A stretch of 64,000 bases of DNA from contig NC_045138.2 of the NCBI RefSeq assembly GCF_008831285.2, positions 19,530,001 to 19,594,000 of the forward strand, in the 5' to 3' direction. Source of the stretch: Nymphaea colorata (lineage: Eukaryota). The notes beneath the pieces are model-generated. The model was not told the DNA's origin. It was given only the letters and a program-made list of their open reading frames with translations, and made no database searches. This document shows, piece by piece, positions 36,755 through 50,677 of this stretch (position 1 is its first letter; every line of letters begins with the position of its first letter). Both the position numbers and the translations under genes were made by a program.

Positions 36755-39124
36755 AACATCAGTACCAGACGCTTCAGGATGTAGTCCGCCACTATCTCTG
36801 CGCTCCCCTTCCTTTGTTCACTGTGCGTGTTCCCCTATAAATAAGAGACAGTGAGCAATAGAAGTGTATATTGTCCGAACTGCCTGCGAGGTTGGTTATA
36901 TTCTACTTTCTGGTTTGGTTGCTGGGTGGTTATGTATTTGGAAACTTGTGAGCAACCATGATAGAATATTGTGTGTCCCTTACTATTAATGATATATGTT
37001 AAGAAAAAGAAGAACGGTTCCAGTCCAGAGATCTCCTCTCTCTCTCCCTCTGTTCTTTACTCGAAATAACTCCGTTGCCCAGTCCCTCTCTCTCGCTCTC
37101 AAGGGGGTTTTGAATTTTGAGCGTCCTCCCTGTGCTTCTGCCCGTTCGTTCCAACGTAGTTGCCGCCGTCGCCGCTCCGGCGGCCGCCCGGCCTCCTGCG
37201 GTTCGAATTCAGAGAACAAGGCTGCTTTTTGACGATCATTATGCGAATCCATGGTTGGTTGGCTAGTCGTCGTTGTACTTGGCTCCACTGTCACGTTGAT
37301 CCGAGCGACATTTTCGAGTGAAGACAAATTAAGATGCCCTTTTTCGGGCTTCATCTGACGAGGAAACTCACGCGTCACCAGGTGCTGCGTCGGGGACATG
37401 TTCGATGAGGTCATCCTCTATCTTTGGGGGTGAATAAAATAAACTAGATACACATTCACGCGCCATCACTTGTACGTGTATATTATTGGGTTCCTTTCTT
37501 GATACTCTAAAACCTTCTTCCAATTTTTTATTAAAAAAAAAAAAAAAGAAGAAATGGGCACAAAACCAGGTGCCAGGAACAAATAATTATGAGACGGAGA
37601 GTATATAAATACACAAATTGTTGGGAACCACTAATGTAAAATTAAATAAATATTGTCCGACCGTGTGGGCAATTGCCTACACACATACACATGTGGCTCC
37701 GCCCCTCAAAAACAAATTCTTTTGACGTAGAGTTTGGAAGTTTAGTTTCGTAACTGGCTAATTAAGCTACATGGTGAAACCAGACGATATGGCCTAGCTC
37801 CTATGTGCAAGTTCTTAGTCCGTAACCAGGACGGTGCTAATGAACCAAGACAAGGTGCTGATAGAGAGCAGGTACTCATAGTCATAGAATCATAGGAATC
37901 GAAGCAGGGGGAGGCTGGATGACCTCACCTCCCTAGATATTTTAAAATTTTAAATTTAAGCTTTGAACATTGTATTTTGGCCAGATCAAAAAAAATTTAA
38001 AATACATAATAGCCCAAAGTCAGCAAAGCCTTAAAGCATGACCTTTGAATGGAAGCTGGTGTGGAACTAATTTTTTTTTTTTTTATCTATAATTTATGCT
38101 TTCAACATTCAAATTAAGATGGAGAAGAAAAGGATCCATCGTCAGACATCCTTGAAAGGCAATTCAAACGCTAGAGCTCAACGTGTGGATGTCATCGTTC
38201 AAATGGACGCGCTTTTGTTTTGAGCAATGCCTACTTAACTGCCTTTCCATGTCTCTAGATAGTGTCACATATGGATTATGGCCGCACTCATCGTTAATTC
38301 TGTCTTGTAGTGTAGCTTTTCATGAGCTAAGTTTCAACATTGCCTTTGTTACGGTAGTCTACTTCCTTATTTATATAAAACTTAAATTACTGGAATAGTG
38401 GAATACCTAAAAAATTGACGAGATATCACTCGACATTATAACAAAATTGCCTAATCAAGAAGCACGTACTAGTTAGTATTGTAAATGCGTATCATGCCAT
38501 TTCTTTGTTTGTAATATAAATTCGATTTTTTTTTGTGAAGTTTGAGAGCTGAAAGTCATTTGCATGCGCTTGAAAATTATGAATAATTGATTCAAAGAGG
38601 TAGGTACGACCCGGAGCTGATTTAGTTTATCCAAGTTACTTATGTGCCTTCATTATTTAATTAACTGAATGACATTATTCAGGTTTTCTTTTGTTAATTT
38701 ATTCTACATATGGTTACTTGGGGTGATACTTCCGGTCGCCAAGGCCCACCCATTTTCCAGGTTTTCTTTTGTTAAGGCAACAGTGGTGTTCCCTGCTGCA
38801 TTAAATTTGTAAAAATTGGAATTGTCACAGATTTGTAACCCAGAGCCAGCCAAAGATCACCATTTTTTACAGGAACAGTACGGCACGAGTCAGCAACATC
38901 ACGTAGATGCCTGAAAAATTTTGTTCTCAATTGCAGTGAAATCAAAATACATTGGTTTGGATGATCTGTTTCTTCATGTTTAGAAGGCTCATGTTGTGCG
39001 GTAATTCAAAACTAGGTTCTTGATTGAAATGGTTACAGCTGAGCTGAATTTTGAATCACAATCTACATAGAGAAGAAAATACAAACAAACTTGTCTTACC
39101 CATATTGAATTTCCAGCGGTTTAC

Positions 39125-40065
39125 CAGTTCTTCAAAGTCTTCTTTGATCCAAAATCAAATAATTCAAAGCTTGATGGCAAAGCAATAAAACTAACAATGG
39201 TAATGCCAATAGTCATCAATACCGTGCAGATAATAACCTGGTGCTTCGGCATTGGTTCAATTTCTTTCTCAGACTTTATATCTCCAAGACCTGTGTGGTG
39301 AAAAATGTAGTCAACTTGCAAACCAGTTTACCAATGGAACCGATGATTCAAGGATAAGACATGGCAGTGAAGTCATGTTCAATGCCAAAAGATGAGGCTG
39401 ACGACAACAAAAAGAGCAGCACAAGAGAACTCATCATAAGAGCCAAACAGATCTGAACCCATCCCTGCAGTATCTCCTACATTGTCACCAACATTATCTG
39501 CAATAACCTGCATTCGCAAAAAGATGGAATCTTCAATAGGCAGTCATACCCTAAAGCAGAAGGTAATGCAAGGAAAGTGTTTAAAATAATGCTAAATCAT
39601 GAAAATGTATCTTGTTGATTAATTTGTTGTGTAATGAACAAATCAAAGAAAAACAGAAGAATCTTTCAACAACAATTCCATCACAAATCCCAAAGCCCAA
39701 TACTGACAGCAATTTTATTTTTGCCAATATCTTGAGTAGCCACGATCAGGTAAACAGCAGGTCCAAAACTACAAAGATCAGAAATCTTTTACTAGCACAC
39801 AAGTAGGAAACCTCTCCATGATGATGACAGAGAAGAAAAAGGATATACCCATCGATAGTATCAACACAAAGGGTGTTGCCAAATTACAGAACAAAGAGTT
39901 ACAGGAGGCAGGAGTCCAAAGGAACTTACAGCTGGATTTCGTGGGTCATCTTCAGGAATGTTTTTCTCCACCTTCCGACAAGATCAGCGACCACATCCAC
40001 AGCTTTAGTATATATTCCTCCCCCAATTCTTCCAAAGGGCGCCATTGAAGAACCACCAACCTGTA
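39125..40065 (-). pseudogene. Vacuolar H+-pyrophosphatase (AVP1-like) two-exon pseudogene fragment
   Basis: Exon ~39930-40065 [42 protein letters not shown]|gtaagt; exon 39125-39507 [24 protein letters not shown]...KNW|gtaa; frameshifts present and other exons not found. Confidence 0.9.
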
Positions 40066-41519
40066 AAGGTTGCCCAGCACGAGCCACCATTCCATTACCA
40101 TCTCCTGTGCAGGCATGAAAAGGAGTTGCAGAGAAATATGGCCATACCCCTGATAAAGCAAGTAAACATATCAGGTAAGGAAATGATAGACTCCAGCTCT
40201 GAACACCATGTGCTGACTAATTGTATGAAGATTACCCGTGGCCAAGATGGTATTAATTAGCTGCACGGAACCATTGAAGAGCACCATCTTCCATATGAAT
40301 TATGAAGAGCAGTTACTCCTCCGCAAGAACCTTGAGCACAATTACAATTCTTGTCAACGATTAGAAAGCCTATGGGAACAATAGAAACAAAACCACAAGG
40401 TTAGGAAATGTTAAGAAAAAACAGGAACCCTGCCCTGCTACATTGAGGTTATCATTGGCCACCACAATATATTCACGCTGTCATGTTCAACTTTTATAAG
40501 TTTTAACCTGTTGGTTTACCTGTTGAAATAGTAATATACTGTTAACTTGTTGTCAAATGGCCCTTAAAATGAACACATTCATGTTACCTTGCATTCCAAA
40601 GAACACAACATTCATGGTACTGAACGCCCTTAGAATGCTGCTTTTGGGACACTAACAGGTTGGGTGCACAATAGGCTACGAATGCCGAACAGTTGCAAGT
40701 TTATGCTTGAATTGTTCATTTTAAGAAAACTTAAGAATGTGAACTCATAAAAGTTAAATTGAAAGGAATTTGTCAACAAAAAAGCATTCAACGATCAGAC
40801 CCATGTTTTAATTGAAGTAAACTCATTAAACTGTCAATCGCTTCTTCAGTTCTACTCATTCACTGCTTATTTAAGTTAAATAATTAAAGTATCAAGGGAG
40901 TCTAATCATCCAAAGCTGATCTTAATGTTCATGATCAATTACTTGGATTAAACTAATCAAACTGTTAATTAAAGGAAAATCCAACTAAAATTAGTCATTC
41001 ACTCCAAGGCAAGAGCTCTTACAAAACTCAGAAAACCATTTCTGTCCCTCCTTCAAGAAAAAGTAGCCTAACTCAACGTGTATAACTGCTAATGACCTCG
41101 GTATATATCTCTTAACAGATATTCTACAATTTTCTTTCCACCGATCAACTTAATGTGCATTTTGAAATATTCAGAATTTAAAGCTGTATACTTAGGTAAG
41201 CGTCTTTACATGTTTAGATAAGGTTATGAGATTCAAAAAATTTTAAATGTTATTATCGATTGTCATCTAATGCTTTCGTTCAGGCATCTGGTTTTTTTTT
41301 TTTTTTTCTCGATCTTCTGCAGTTATAGCAAAATGTTTCCTACTTCCTTTATGACGGACTACCCGGGAGACTCTATGAGATTCCTGACTCTTTCGATTCA
41401 TCGCGTCGGGAGCCGGTAGTCTTTTGCTAAGGATTATTTGTGAAATTATAAAATAAGGGACGTTTCTAGAATATTTAAAAAAGTGTGGGTGGACTTACAA
41501 AATTATATATAAAGAGAGA

Positions 41520-41699
41520 GAGAGTTTATGGAGCCCTACCGCCTCTCTTCTTTACCCTCGTTCGAGTAAACTGAAGGAGAAGCGGGAGAGGAAGAGAACG
41601 AGGGACGGGGCGAGAGGACGTGAAGGTGAAGGGGAGAGACGAGAAAGAATAGAGTTGACGAGGGAGCAAGGTTGAGGAGAGAAATAGTTCCGCAGAGAG
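41520..41699 (+). promoter_or_regulatory. Candidate promoter / non-coding first exon (possibly of the PETER PAN-like gene)
   Basis: TATATATAAA near 41504, GA-rich leader, canonical donor G|GTAAGT at 41700; linkage to the downstream gene is inferred. Confidence 0.35.
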
Positions 41700-43993
41700 G
41701 TAAGTTCAGTCCAAATTTCTGGTTTTTCCCTTCAACTTTACATTGTCTTCTTAGATTAGACGATTGAACTACTGTCTTGTTAATTTATTATAAGGAATCT
41801 CTGTTTTAACGAGTCTTTGCATGAGATTCTTGGTAGGATTGGCATTTCTTGACCCAAAAGAGGGTTGAATGGGACGTCCGGTTTGGGATAATGAGGGCTT
41901 TCCTTATGTAGATGGTTTGGAATGGAGAATCGAACATATGATGGAGAAAAGAGAGAACTTTCAGCATGAGTTAAAAGAGATTACATTATGTGATTTTCAT
42001 TTGCGACTGTGGTCATGTACGGTTCATTGTTGAGCCTTGATCAGAGTTAATTTTAATTGAAAAGATGAAACGTATTTATCATGCGCTCGACTAAATTTAA
42101 CTCTTGTACTAGAATGAAAAGCTTCTATAGTCTTGTATGGGCTGAAAGTGAAGGGTTCTTATGAGAAAGGATTTGATTCCTGAGTTTGATATGTTAGACT
42201 ATATTCTTACAGCTAAAGGAAGGACAGCCTGTTTGGGAGTTTTTATACTAATTAGGATTTTAACTAAATGCAAAAGGGTGAATTTAGGAGGACATGGTCG
42301 CGTAGTCATAGGATCCCTAATTGGTGGGGCTACTGGACATGTAGTGGGAATGGGTTAAGGTCACTAATTGAGGTTATTGACTAATTATATTATTTAATTA
42401 TTACTAAGTGTATTGGCTTACGAAACGGCACCCAAGGACATGCCCGGAGAGCATACTAAATAGAGCCTTGTACTTTGATGACCAGGTCTTAGTATACATA
42501 ACTTGTCTTGTGGCTTGTTTATTGCAGGTTTGGGGGTATAGATAATGAACAGGTTTAATATGGCCAGTTTGATGGGGGAACCTGATTTGCTTATGTTAAT
42601 AGAAGAAGAATGATGATACTCTATGTTATGGCCGGTTTCTCTAGTGGCTGATTGATGGTACATGCATATATTGCAGTTGCTTAGTTGAATGGTGGAAGAA
42701 TAATGTAAGGGTAGCATATGCCATAACATATTTCATCAAGAAATTTAACATCATACATGTACTAATATGCTTCTTATTAGAATCAATGTTATGTTGAAAG
42801 GCATAACAGATTATGTAAACATGTTGATGGCTGCATCTGAGATAAGATTAGTGATTTTATATCTTTTCTTTTAAAGGAAGAACTGATTTTTCATTAAACA
42901 CGGAAGATTGCCTCATGTGTAACACCCATCTAACATGTTACAAGAAGTTAGAGATGGCTGGCAAGGAAGGAAGTTAAGTTTTGAAATGATTTCTTGTTGA
43001 ATGAGCATAAGATACATGTTAACGTGAACATATGGTATAAGAGCCAGATTTTATAAGAGTTAATGATTAAAATTTTCAATTAAGTCTCTATTGTGTCCGG
43101 CTGCAAGAGCTGCGTAAGGGTCCTGATCACTATGGTAGCCCGCAAGGTGCATGGCCCGGAGGGGTGTGGAGCGATTTCTCTTAATACTCCTGCACGTGTT
43201 ACTTATGCGGAGTTTGATTGAATATAAGATCGTCACTAGTTGCAAGATTCCACGAAGGAACGAGTCCTTCAAGGTGGAACCTCAAGTGGAGAGCGGAGGC
43301 TTCTTTGAGGCAATAAAGCAAACTTTAAGAAAGAGATTAACAAAAACAAATCAAGAGTTTAGAAAAAGGAACATATTAGATAGTTCAAATCATTAGAATT
43401 TGACTTGCTTCTATGTAATATCATTTTGTTATTTATTGATGGAACTTAACTTTTGTGATTCTTGACTGGTTGTGTGAATAGAAATGTAATCTGCTCACTG
43501 AGTAGTTGGGACTCACTATTAAGTATTTTCCTTTTAGTTGAGCGACATAGAGCTCGAGCAAGCGCCAAGCATCAGCTGTAGTCAACCCTCCAGTTCCCAC
43601 TTTAAATACTAGATTCATAGATTTCTCTTTTGCTTTGGATGATGTGCTTACATGGCATGTAAAAACAATGTGTGTGTCTCTATTGGGACTACAAAATACA
43701 TGTACCTGTCGTTTGTGAATGAAAAAATAGTCATTACATTTCAAATTTGTGAACCCATGTTACAGTTTAAGTTGAACTTTTATCTTTGGCACCGTTACAT
43801 TTTGAATTTGGTAAAGGTAATTATAGATTTCTCCTCACTCCATAGAGCAGGGGCTGACACAGGTGCTCTCTCTCTCTCTCTCTTGCTATAGCCTCAAATG
43901 TGCTTTTGAAAACACTCCCAACTAACTGTTTATTTGTTTCTCTTTGCTCTACTTGTTCTCCTTTTTTCGGAAGGCCCTTGGTCGAGTCTAGCG

Positions 43994-45887
43994 ATGGCAC
44001 GCATGCGAAAGGTAGTTCCCTAAGTCCGTATATCAATATGAGGTGATGATTGCTGAATGTTTCCTTTTGCTTTCTTATTTTGATTTTCCAACCATTTGGT
44101 TGCAGAGGAACAAAAGGAAGGTGTTCATAAAGCCGGTGGTGAAGGTTAAGCAGCCAGCCATTGACCACGTCACGGGCAACAAGATTCCGAAGAGTTTCGT
44201 CTTCTCGAGGGGGAAGGTACCACATTCGCTCAAGCAGCTGGAGTTAGATCTCCGAAAGTTGATGTCTCCCCATACGGCCCTCAAATTAAAGGTCTTCAAT
44301 TCACTCTCTCAGGAATATCCTATTGCTTTGATTTGAAATGCACGGGTTTTGGGTGATTAAGCATTGTAAATTGTTCTTCTTGGTGGCTGTCTTGTGAGGT
44401 GGTGTCATTCTTTTTCTTGCAATTATGGGGAAGAATTTGATTATTTACTTGTTTGAGAAATTCAAGTATTAGCCCTTGGTGTCGATTTTCTTTATTGGCG
44501 GTCTGCTATTGAATGTAGGAGTAGTTTTTAACTTTATCAATGTGCCTGGTTCAAGCAAAGTATTTTGGCAACTTTTTGTTGGGGAAGAGGCCGATTTTAT
44601 TGAACTTGTTCCTAGCCTGGTTTAGATTCCTGACTCTGCCATTGTCTATATGATGCTTATAAAAAGTATAGGTTGAGCATGACGATGAAATAGAGAATCT
44701 CTTCTCTAATATTTTTTTCTACTAGTAAAATGCCTTAGGTATTTCCGAATTATTCGTTCATAATATCATCTTCTTGCTTAACACTTTATATCCATCTTAA
44801 CACATGCCCACATTCTTTTAATCACAAAGATATTGTTTTATCACCTAATATGTCTATCACTTGGTTCCAGTTTATCCATTCTGCTTGAATCCTGCTAGTG
44901 GTGTCTTCATCAGCTTCCTTATCTTGTTGTAACATGAAGCTACGTCCTAAAACCTGCTAGTGGTATCTTCATCAATTTCCCCATCTTATTGTGACTGTTT
45001 AATTTCCAAATTTTGAACCCTAATCACTTTGTCATTAACTCCTCCACCAGACAATTACTTTATCTGTGACTTGTAATCTTTTACTAACCTGTTAGTCATG
45101 TTTCTCAGAGTTCAAAAGTTATCATTTCCTTTGTACCTTGTCGCTGTTCTAGCTAATAAAGCACATTGTGTCATCCAGTTGAGGATAAGATCTGGTGCTG
45201 CCTATTCCTGATTTTTGATGGCCATCTTGCATCCGCTGATATTTTTGGAAGTTAAATGGGATTCTTGTATTGATGTTGTCTTCTTATTCTTGATATAGTT
45301 TTGTTTGGAAGTGATATAAAGCAGCACATGTATTGCACTTATCTGTTTTCTTTATGAATGGTCTAAGACTCTAAAACATTGGTGTTAAGACTTATGAATG
45401 TTCTGACCTACGGGTACTGCTCCAAAGGAGCAGTACCAGTACCGTACCGGTACGACACCGGTATGGGTACGGGTACGGCGTCGGGTACGGCCTGGGTGCG
45501 GCTTTGACTGTGTCGGGTACGGTCAAGTACGCAAGGTCGAATCCGACCATTTTCAGACTCGGTCAAAGTTGACCGAGTCCAAAATCGTCCATTGCACGTT
45601 TTAAAAAACCATTTTTTTCCCTCTCTCTCGCACGATGCCTTTGCCCTCTTACCTCACCCCTCTCGTCCCTTGCCTTTTCGCTCCTTTCACCCCTCTTGCC
45701 TTTCTCATCCTCTCACCTCTCCCCCCCTTGCCCCTCTCATTCTTCGCCTTTTCGCCCCTTGGAACTCCCAAAGGACAGATTTTTTGTCTTGAAATTCTTA
45801 GTATCTACAAATTTTGGATCATGATTTAATGATTTATGAATATGCTATTTTGTTTGTAATTTTTTTGATATATATATATATATATTC

Positions 45888-45927
<40 letters not shown>

Positions 45928-48909
45928 ACGGCCGTACCCCCGCACCCAAGTTTTTGAAAAATGATTCGTACCGTACCCACACCGGTACCCGTACCGGCAC
46001 CCGCACCCGTACCTATGTGACATAGGTTCTGACTGTAGCAGGGGTGTTGTTGCACCATTTCTTTTCAGTCGCCATTTTATGGGCTAGTACTTTTTTATTA
46101 GTCTGCTAATCTTGTCAATGCTAATTCTCTTCAAAAGCACTTAACTTCTCATGCTCGTTTGTCTTCAACCTAGAGTTGTTCTTGACATTCAGTCTTGGGG
46201 ACCGTTAGAACCTTTTGATTTTAAGCTTAAAGCCTTAAACCCTATCCGAGTTTTAGTGAAACTTAGAAGATGTAATTCCAAAACTACATATAATTTTTTA
46301 TCATCTATGTATTTCCTCTTTTTCTCTGTTTTTATGAATCCCAGGTAATTGGATTTAAGTTAGAGGAAGAATTTGATTTAAGTATGAACATTTGGAATTG
46401 ATCAAGTAGGGGGGTATTAAACTATGGGCTAGAAAATCTGCCCCTAGAAAACAAGAAAAGGCTCACCCAAGTCTAACCGAACAGTCCCCACTTGCACAAG
46501 GGTTTGGTGCAACCATTTCAATGTGTAACCTAAAGTTTGCTCTCATCAATGTGACTTTTCTCCTTGAGAAACAAACCAATAGCTGCACAATTTTGACATA
46601 TTTGCAAATATTCCACTTAAATTTATTTTGAATTGTTTGTTTCTTCCATATACTAACAATCCTTTCTTTTTTTCCTTTGTCAGGAAAAGAAACGGAATAA
46701 TCTGAGAGATTTTCTGAACGTTGCAGGGCCACTGGGTGTCTCTCATTTTCTGATATTATCAAAGACAGAAACTGCACCCTATTTAAGAGTCGCAAGGACC
46801 CCTCAAGGCCCAACCCTATCATTCAAAGTCCATGAGTACTCACTGGCATCTGATGTGGCTCAGTCACAAGCTCGACCTCGGTGTCCACAAGAGCTTTTCA
46901 AAAATCCTCCTTTGGTTAGCTTTTGTGGCATACAATTAATAGAAAATTACATTTTCTTGCATTATGAAGCAGATTTGACACTTTGCTCCTCATTATAATT
47001 GGTTATGGAAATTATTTGGGCTGATGTTGGATTATTTTGTGGCAGATTGTCCTTTCTGGTTTTGGAACAGGGTATCAACATTTGAAGCTCGTTACTGTTA
47101 TGTTCCAGAATATATTTCCTTCAATTGACATTAACACGGTCAGTTGGATTGTTTTTTGTACTGTTTTCTTTCTCTTCATCTGATTGTGTTCTCATCCCGC
47201 CATTATCAGTCATTCTAATGCAGTTTGAGAAATTGCAGGTCAAGCTGTCTTCCTGTCAGCGGATTGTGTTGCTCAACTATAATAAAGAAACTAAGCTGAT
47301 TGACTTCCGTCATTATTCAATTAGGTTGCAGCCTGTTGGAGTCACACGTAGGATTAGAAAATTTGTGCAGAATCATCAGGTGCCTGATATGAGGAATCTT
47401 CAGGATGTCAGTGACTTTGTTACCAAGTATGTACTCAATGATAATCCAACGTACAATGCTGTACCTGATTGTTGTTCCAAAGGCAAAGGAGGTTTTGTTC
47501 CTTGGCCAACATTTTGTCATTTCCATAATAATTTCATTAACGACTGATCTTTCCTTGAAGTTTTTACACTTGCAGAATACTTTTACAACTTCAAGTTTTC
47601 TTTTCTTTCTATAAGAAAACCCATTTGCATTTTGTCTTCGTTCACTTCTTCACGTCTTATGGCGTAGAAAACAGACAGTAAGCTTGATATCAAGTCTCTG
47701 GTCGCATATGTGGCTTATTTTCTCTTTCTAACTTTTTTAATTCTGGACTGGGTGTTATCTTCCATTCAGATCCAGTTGCATTAGTTAGAGAGGATGTGAT
47801 AAAATAGTCTTCAGTCAATAATCAAAACAGATGTAGGTTTTTGTTGTTCATTTTCTAATACCTTGAGTTCATTCTTTTAATAAGTAGTGAAACCATGATT
47901 TTTAGTCCCTTATGTTATTTTGATGGCTTGGGTAGTTTTAAAACGCTACTTGATCCATGATGTATGCAATTCAGTGGGTTATAGGTGTAGTCTTGACATA
48001 GACAAGAACTTATTTCCTCTTCTCATATGTGAAGGGCTGGGTATGGATCAGAAAGTGAGGCAGAAGATGAAGCAGCAGCAGTGAGTTTGCCAACGGATCT
48101 TGGCAGAGTAAACAAGGCGTCTACAAAAAGTGCCGTCAAACTTCAGGAGATTGGACCTCGGATGACCCTGCAGCTACATAAAGTGGAGGAAGGATTATGC
48201 TCTGGCAATATCATATTCAATGAATATGGTAAAACTATTCTCCTTCCTTGCACCTGCAACCATTCTTTTTACATTTTCCCTAAGTTACACTGTATATCAA
48301 CATGCTCTGCTGTGAACTAGCTGGTATACATGTGTCCATTACTGATCATGGGAGCTGCCAGAATGTACATCCTTCCTAACCTGCTTCATTTTTTAAGACG
48401 GCATATTTGTGTGAATAGATAATGAATTCAAAGTTTAGGTGGAAGATATTGCACTGCAGGCGTTTGTAAATGTCAGTGATCTTAATCTAATTTGCGTAAC
48501 TCACACTAGAAGTGCAGGCAAACAGTCGGACCTTTTAGGGGGTTTAGAGTCTTCTAGATGATAGGAACAATCACATTCTATTGATCAAGTGTTCAGTTAC
48601 GATATTTTCAGCGGGAATCACTTGTGGATGGGTCTTGCGGTTAGGTTAAGATGCATTCGAAGAAAAATTGTTGATATGTGATTAGGAAGACCTAGATATT
48701 ACTTGGAAACAATTAAGCTGCTTAATTTCATAACAGGCTAATATAAGTGGGATTGGCTTTTTAATTTATTATTTGATCTCATATATTTTACTTGCCCTTC
48801 TCATTTCATATATTTTAGTTTTCATTCGGTTCTAAGACTCGATAGCCCTTAACCCGATGTTGCCTGAAATGCAGGTAATTCCAGTAAAGAGAAAACTACC
48901 GATGAGTAA
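43994..48909 (+). CDS. PPAN: PETER PAN-like (Ssf1/PPAN) Brix-domain ribosome biogenesis protein, ~314 aa
   Basis: GT-AG exons in phase: 43994-44011, 44106-44291, 46684-46914, 47046-47138, 47239-47426, 48035-48228, 48875-48909; motifs IPKSFVFSRG, PQGPTLSF, FRHYSI, LQEIGPRMTL. Confidence 0.92.
45408..46025. mobile_element. Non-autonomous hAT-like element in PPAN intron
   Basis: Perfect 8-bp TSD GTTCTGAC (45400-45407, 46026-46033); GGTACG/CGTACC subterminal repeats in opposite orientation; right end GTACCTATGTGACATAG, left TIR shortened. Confidence 0.8.
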
Positions 48910-50452
48910 AGTTGCTCCTCTTGAGAGTTTGTTTGGAACTCGTGAAGAACTATTCAACTTCTGTCCTCTTCTAAAGTTGCAATGAATCATCAAATTGATA
49001 GAATTGCATCAATGGCAGACCGATTAACTTGAGAAGTTCTAGTCTGGGCACCATGGATCCGAGAAAAGCAGGCACAGGGCGTCGTCTCCTGGCAAATTTT
49101 GCAATCTTATTTTTTGTGTTCTTTTTTCTACATAACATTATTCATAGGGCAATTTTGAGCGTCAAGCTGATGTTTTAAAGATCAAAAGTGCAAAATGATC
49201 TCTCTCTCTCTCTCCATACCTTGATAGAAGGATCAAGGCATCACATGCATATTCACGTTGATCTGCTGCATCATTAAAAAGTACAATAATGCCTGTATGA
49301 TGAAACTACAGATCGTTCTACAAAGTTGGCGGATTCCATTGTTCGTGTTTTGAAGGAGAGGGAAACTGGGTCGCAATGAGTGGGCCGATTCACACTAATG
49401 GCTTCACAACTGAAAGCATATTGATTGCAGTAACGCAATATCCGTTTTGTTAACTTCAAAACAGGGACAATGAGAAATGTGTTGTTCGTCAACGGCGCCA
49501 TGCCTCTCTAGTTTGTGCTTAAAAAGATCGATTGGAAAAGTAAAAAAACAATAGCAAATTGACTCTTTCGTGGATCGAATGTCCGCCTTGGAGGCTTCCC
49601 CGTACTTCGTAGGCACTTTAACTTGCAACTTTTAAGGGGCAGTTAACATAAAATCATATAAGGCATTAGTATGTAAATGCACAATGTATCTGGAATTAAC
49701 CAGCCCACATGTGCCTCTGTCATTAAACAGGTTTAATGTTTCTCAATGTCATTATACTGAAGGATGCTTAACACACCCATGAACAAAGCTAGACAAAGGT
49801 TGACCACATAGCAAATCATATTATTGCATGTTTTTCTAGTTTACACATAGGATGAAACAAATAAATAGAATTGAGGGTTTAGTGCTACGGTGGATCTAAT
49901 ATATCAAAAGTTTGAAAGGTAACAGGATCTGAAAACAAGGTACCTTAGGAGGACCAGAATCCAGCCCAATACCCGATCCGACTTTCTAAGAAGGGTTCAG
50001 CATCAAGCATGAGCTGACACGTAACCCGGTTGGCTTTCCAGGCGTCGAGGCAAGCAGGGCCAGAGCACCCACCGTGGCCCCTGAGTGAGATCAGTATATC
50101 GAAATTCAAATTCAGTGTCATGCAAATCGAAAATTGAATCGGATCTCTCGTATCTTCGATTTAGTTACGCAAACTCCTTTGAACTTCTCCAGCATTAATT
50201 TTGACTGGATTTTGGTTAGAATTCAGTCATCTTTCGGTCATTTTTTAAAAATCCTAAAATTGTAATCAGATAAAGGTTAAGATCTAAGAAGCTGATTGTT
50301 TTCATAATTGAGTATGTAATGAAACCAACAGGATTTGCGTTCTTCATTTGTACAATTGTAGTTGGTTCAATATGATTAACTTGTGATTCTATGAATAAAT
50401 GTTCATTTAGATTATTCTAATTTCAATTACATAATACTACGAATTAGATTTA

Positions 50453-50677
50453 GGTCATTCATTTACACAATTGTAATTTGTATAATGAGATTAACAGCTC
50501 AATGTGTTAAAAGTTGTAATTGCATATATAGAACTACAATTGAATAATTATAATCACTTGCAATGGCGGTCTTGCACTTGCATTCAATGAGATCAACTTG
50601 TAATTCAAATGAATCTTTACAAATATGATTACAAGTTTACCTCAACAAAAAAACTATAATAGTGCAAACGAATGACC
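50453..50677. mobile_element. Tourist-like MITE
   Basis: TIRs GGTCATTCATTTACAC / GTGCAAACGAATGACC (14/16), flanked by TTA/TAA. Confidence 0.6.
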
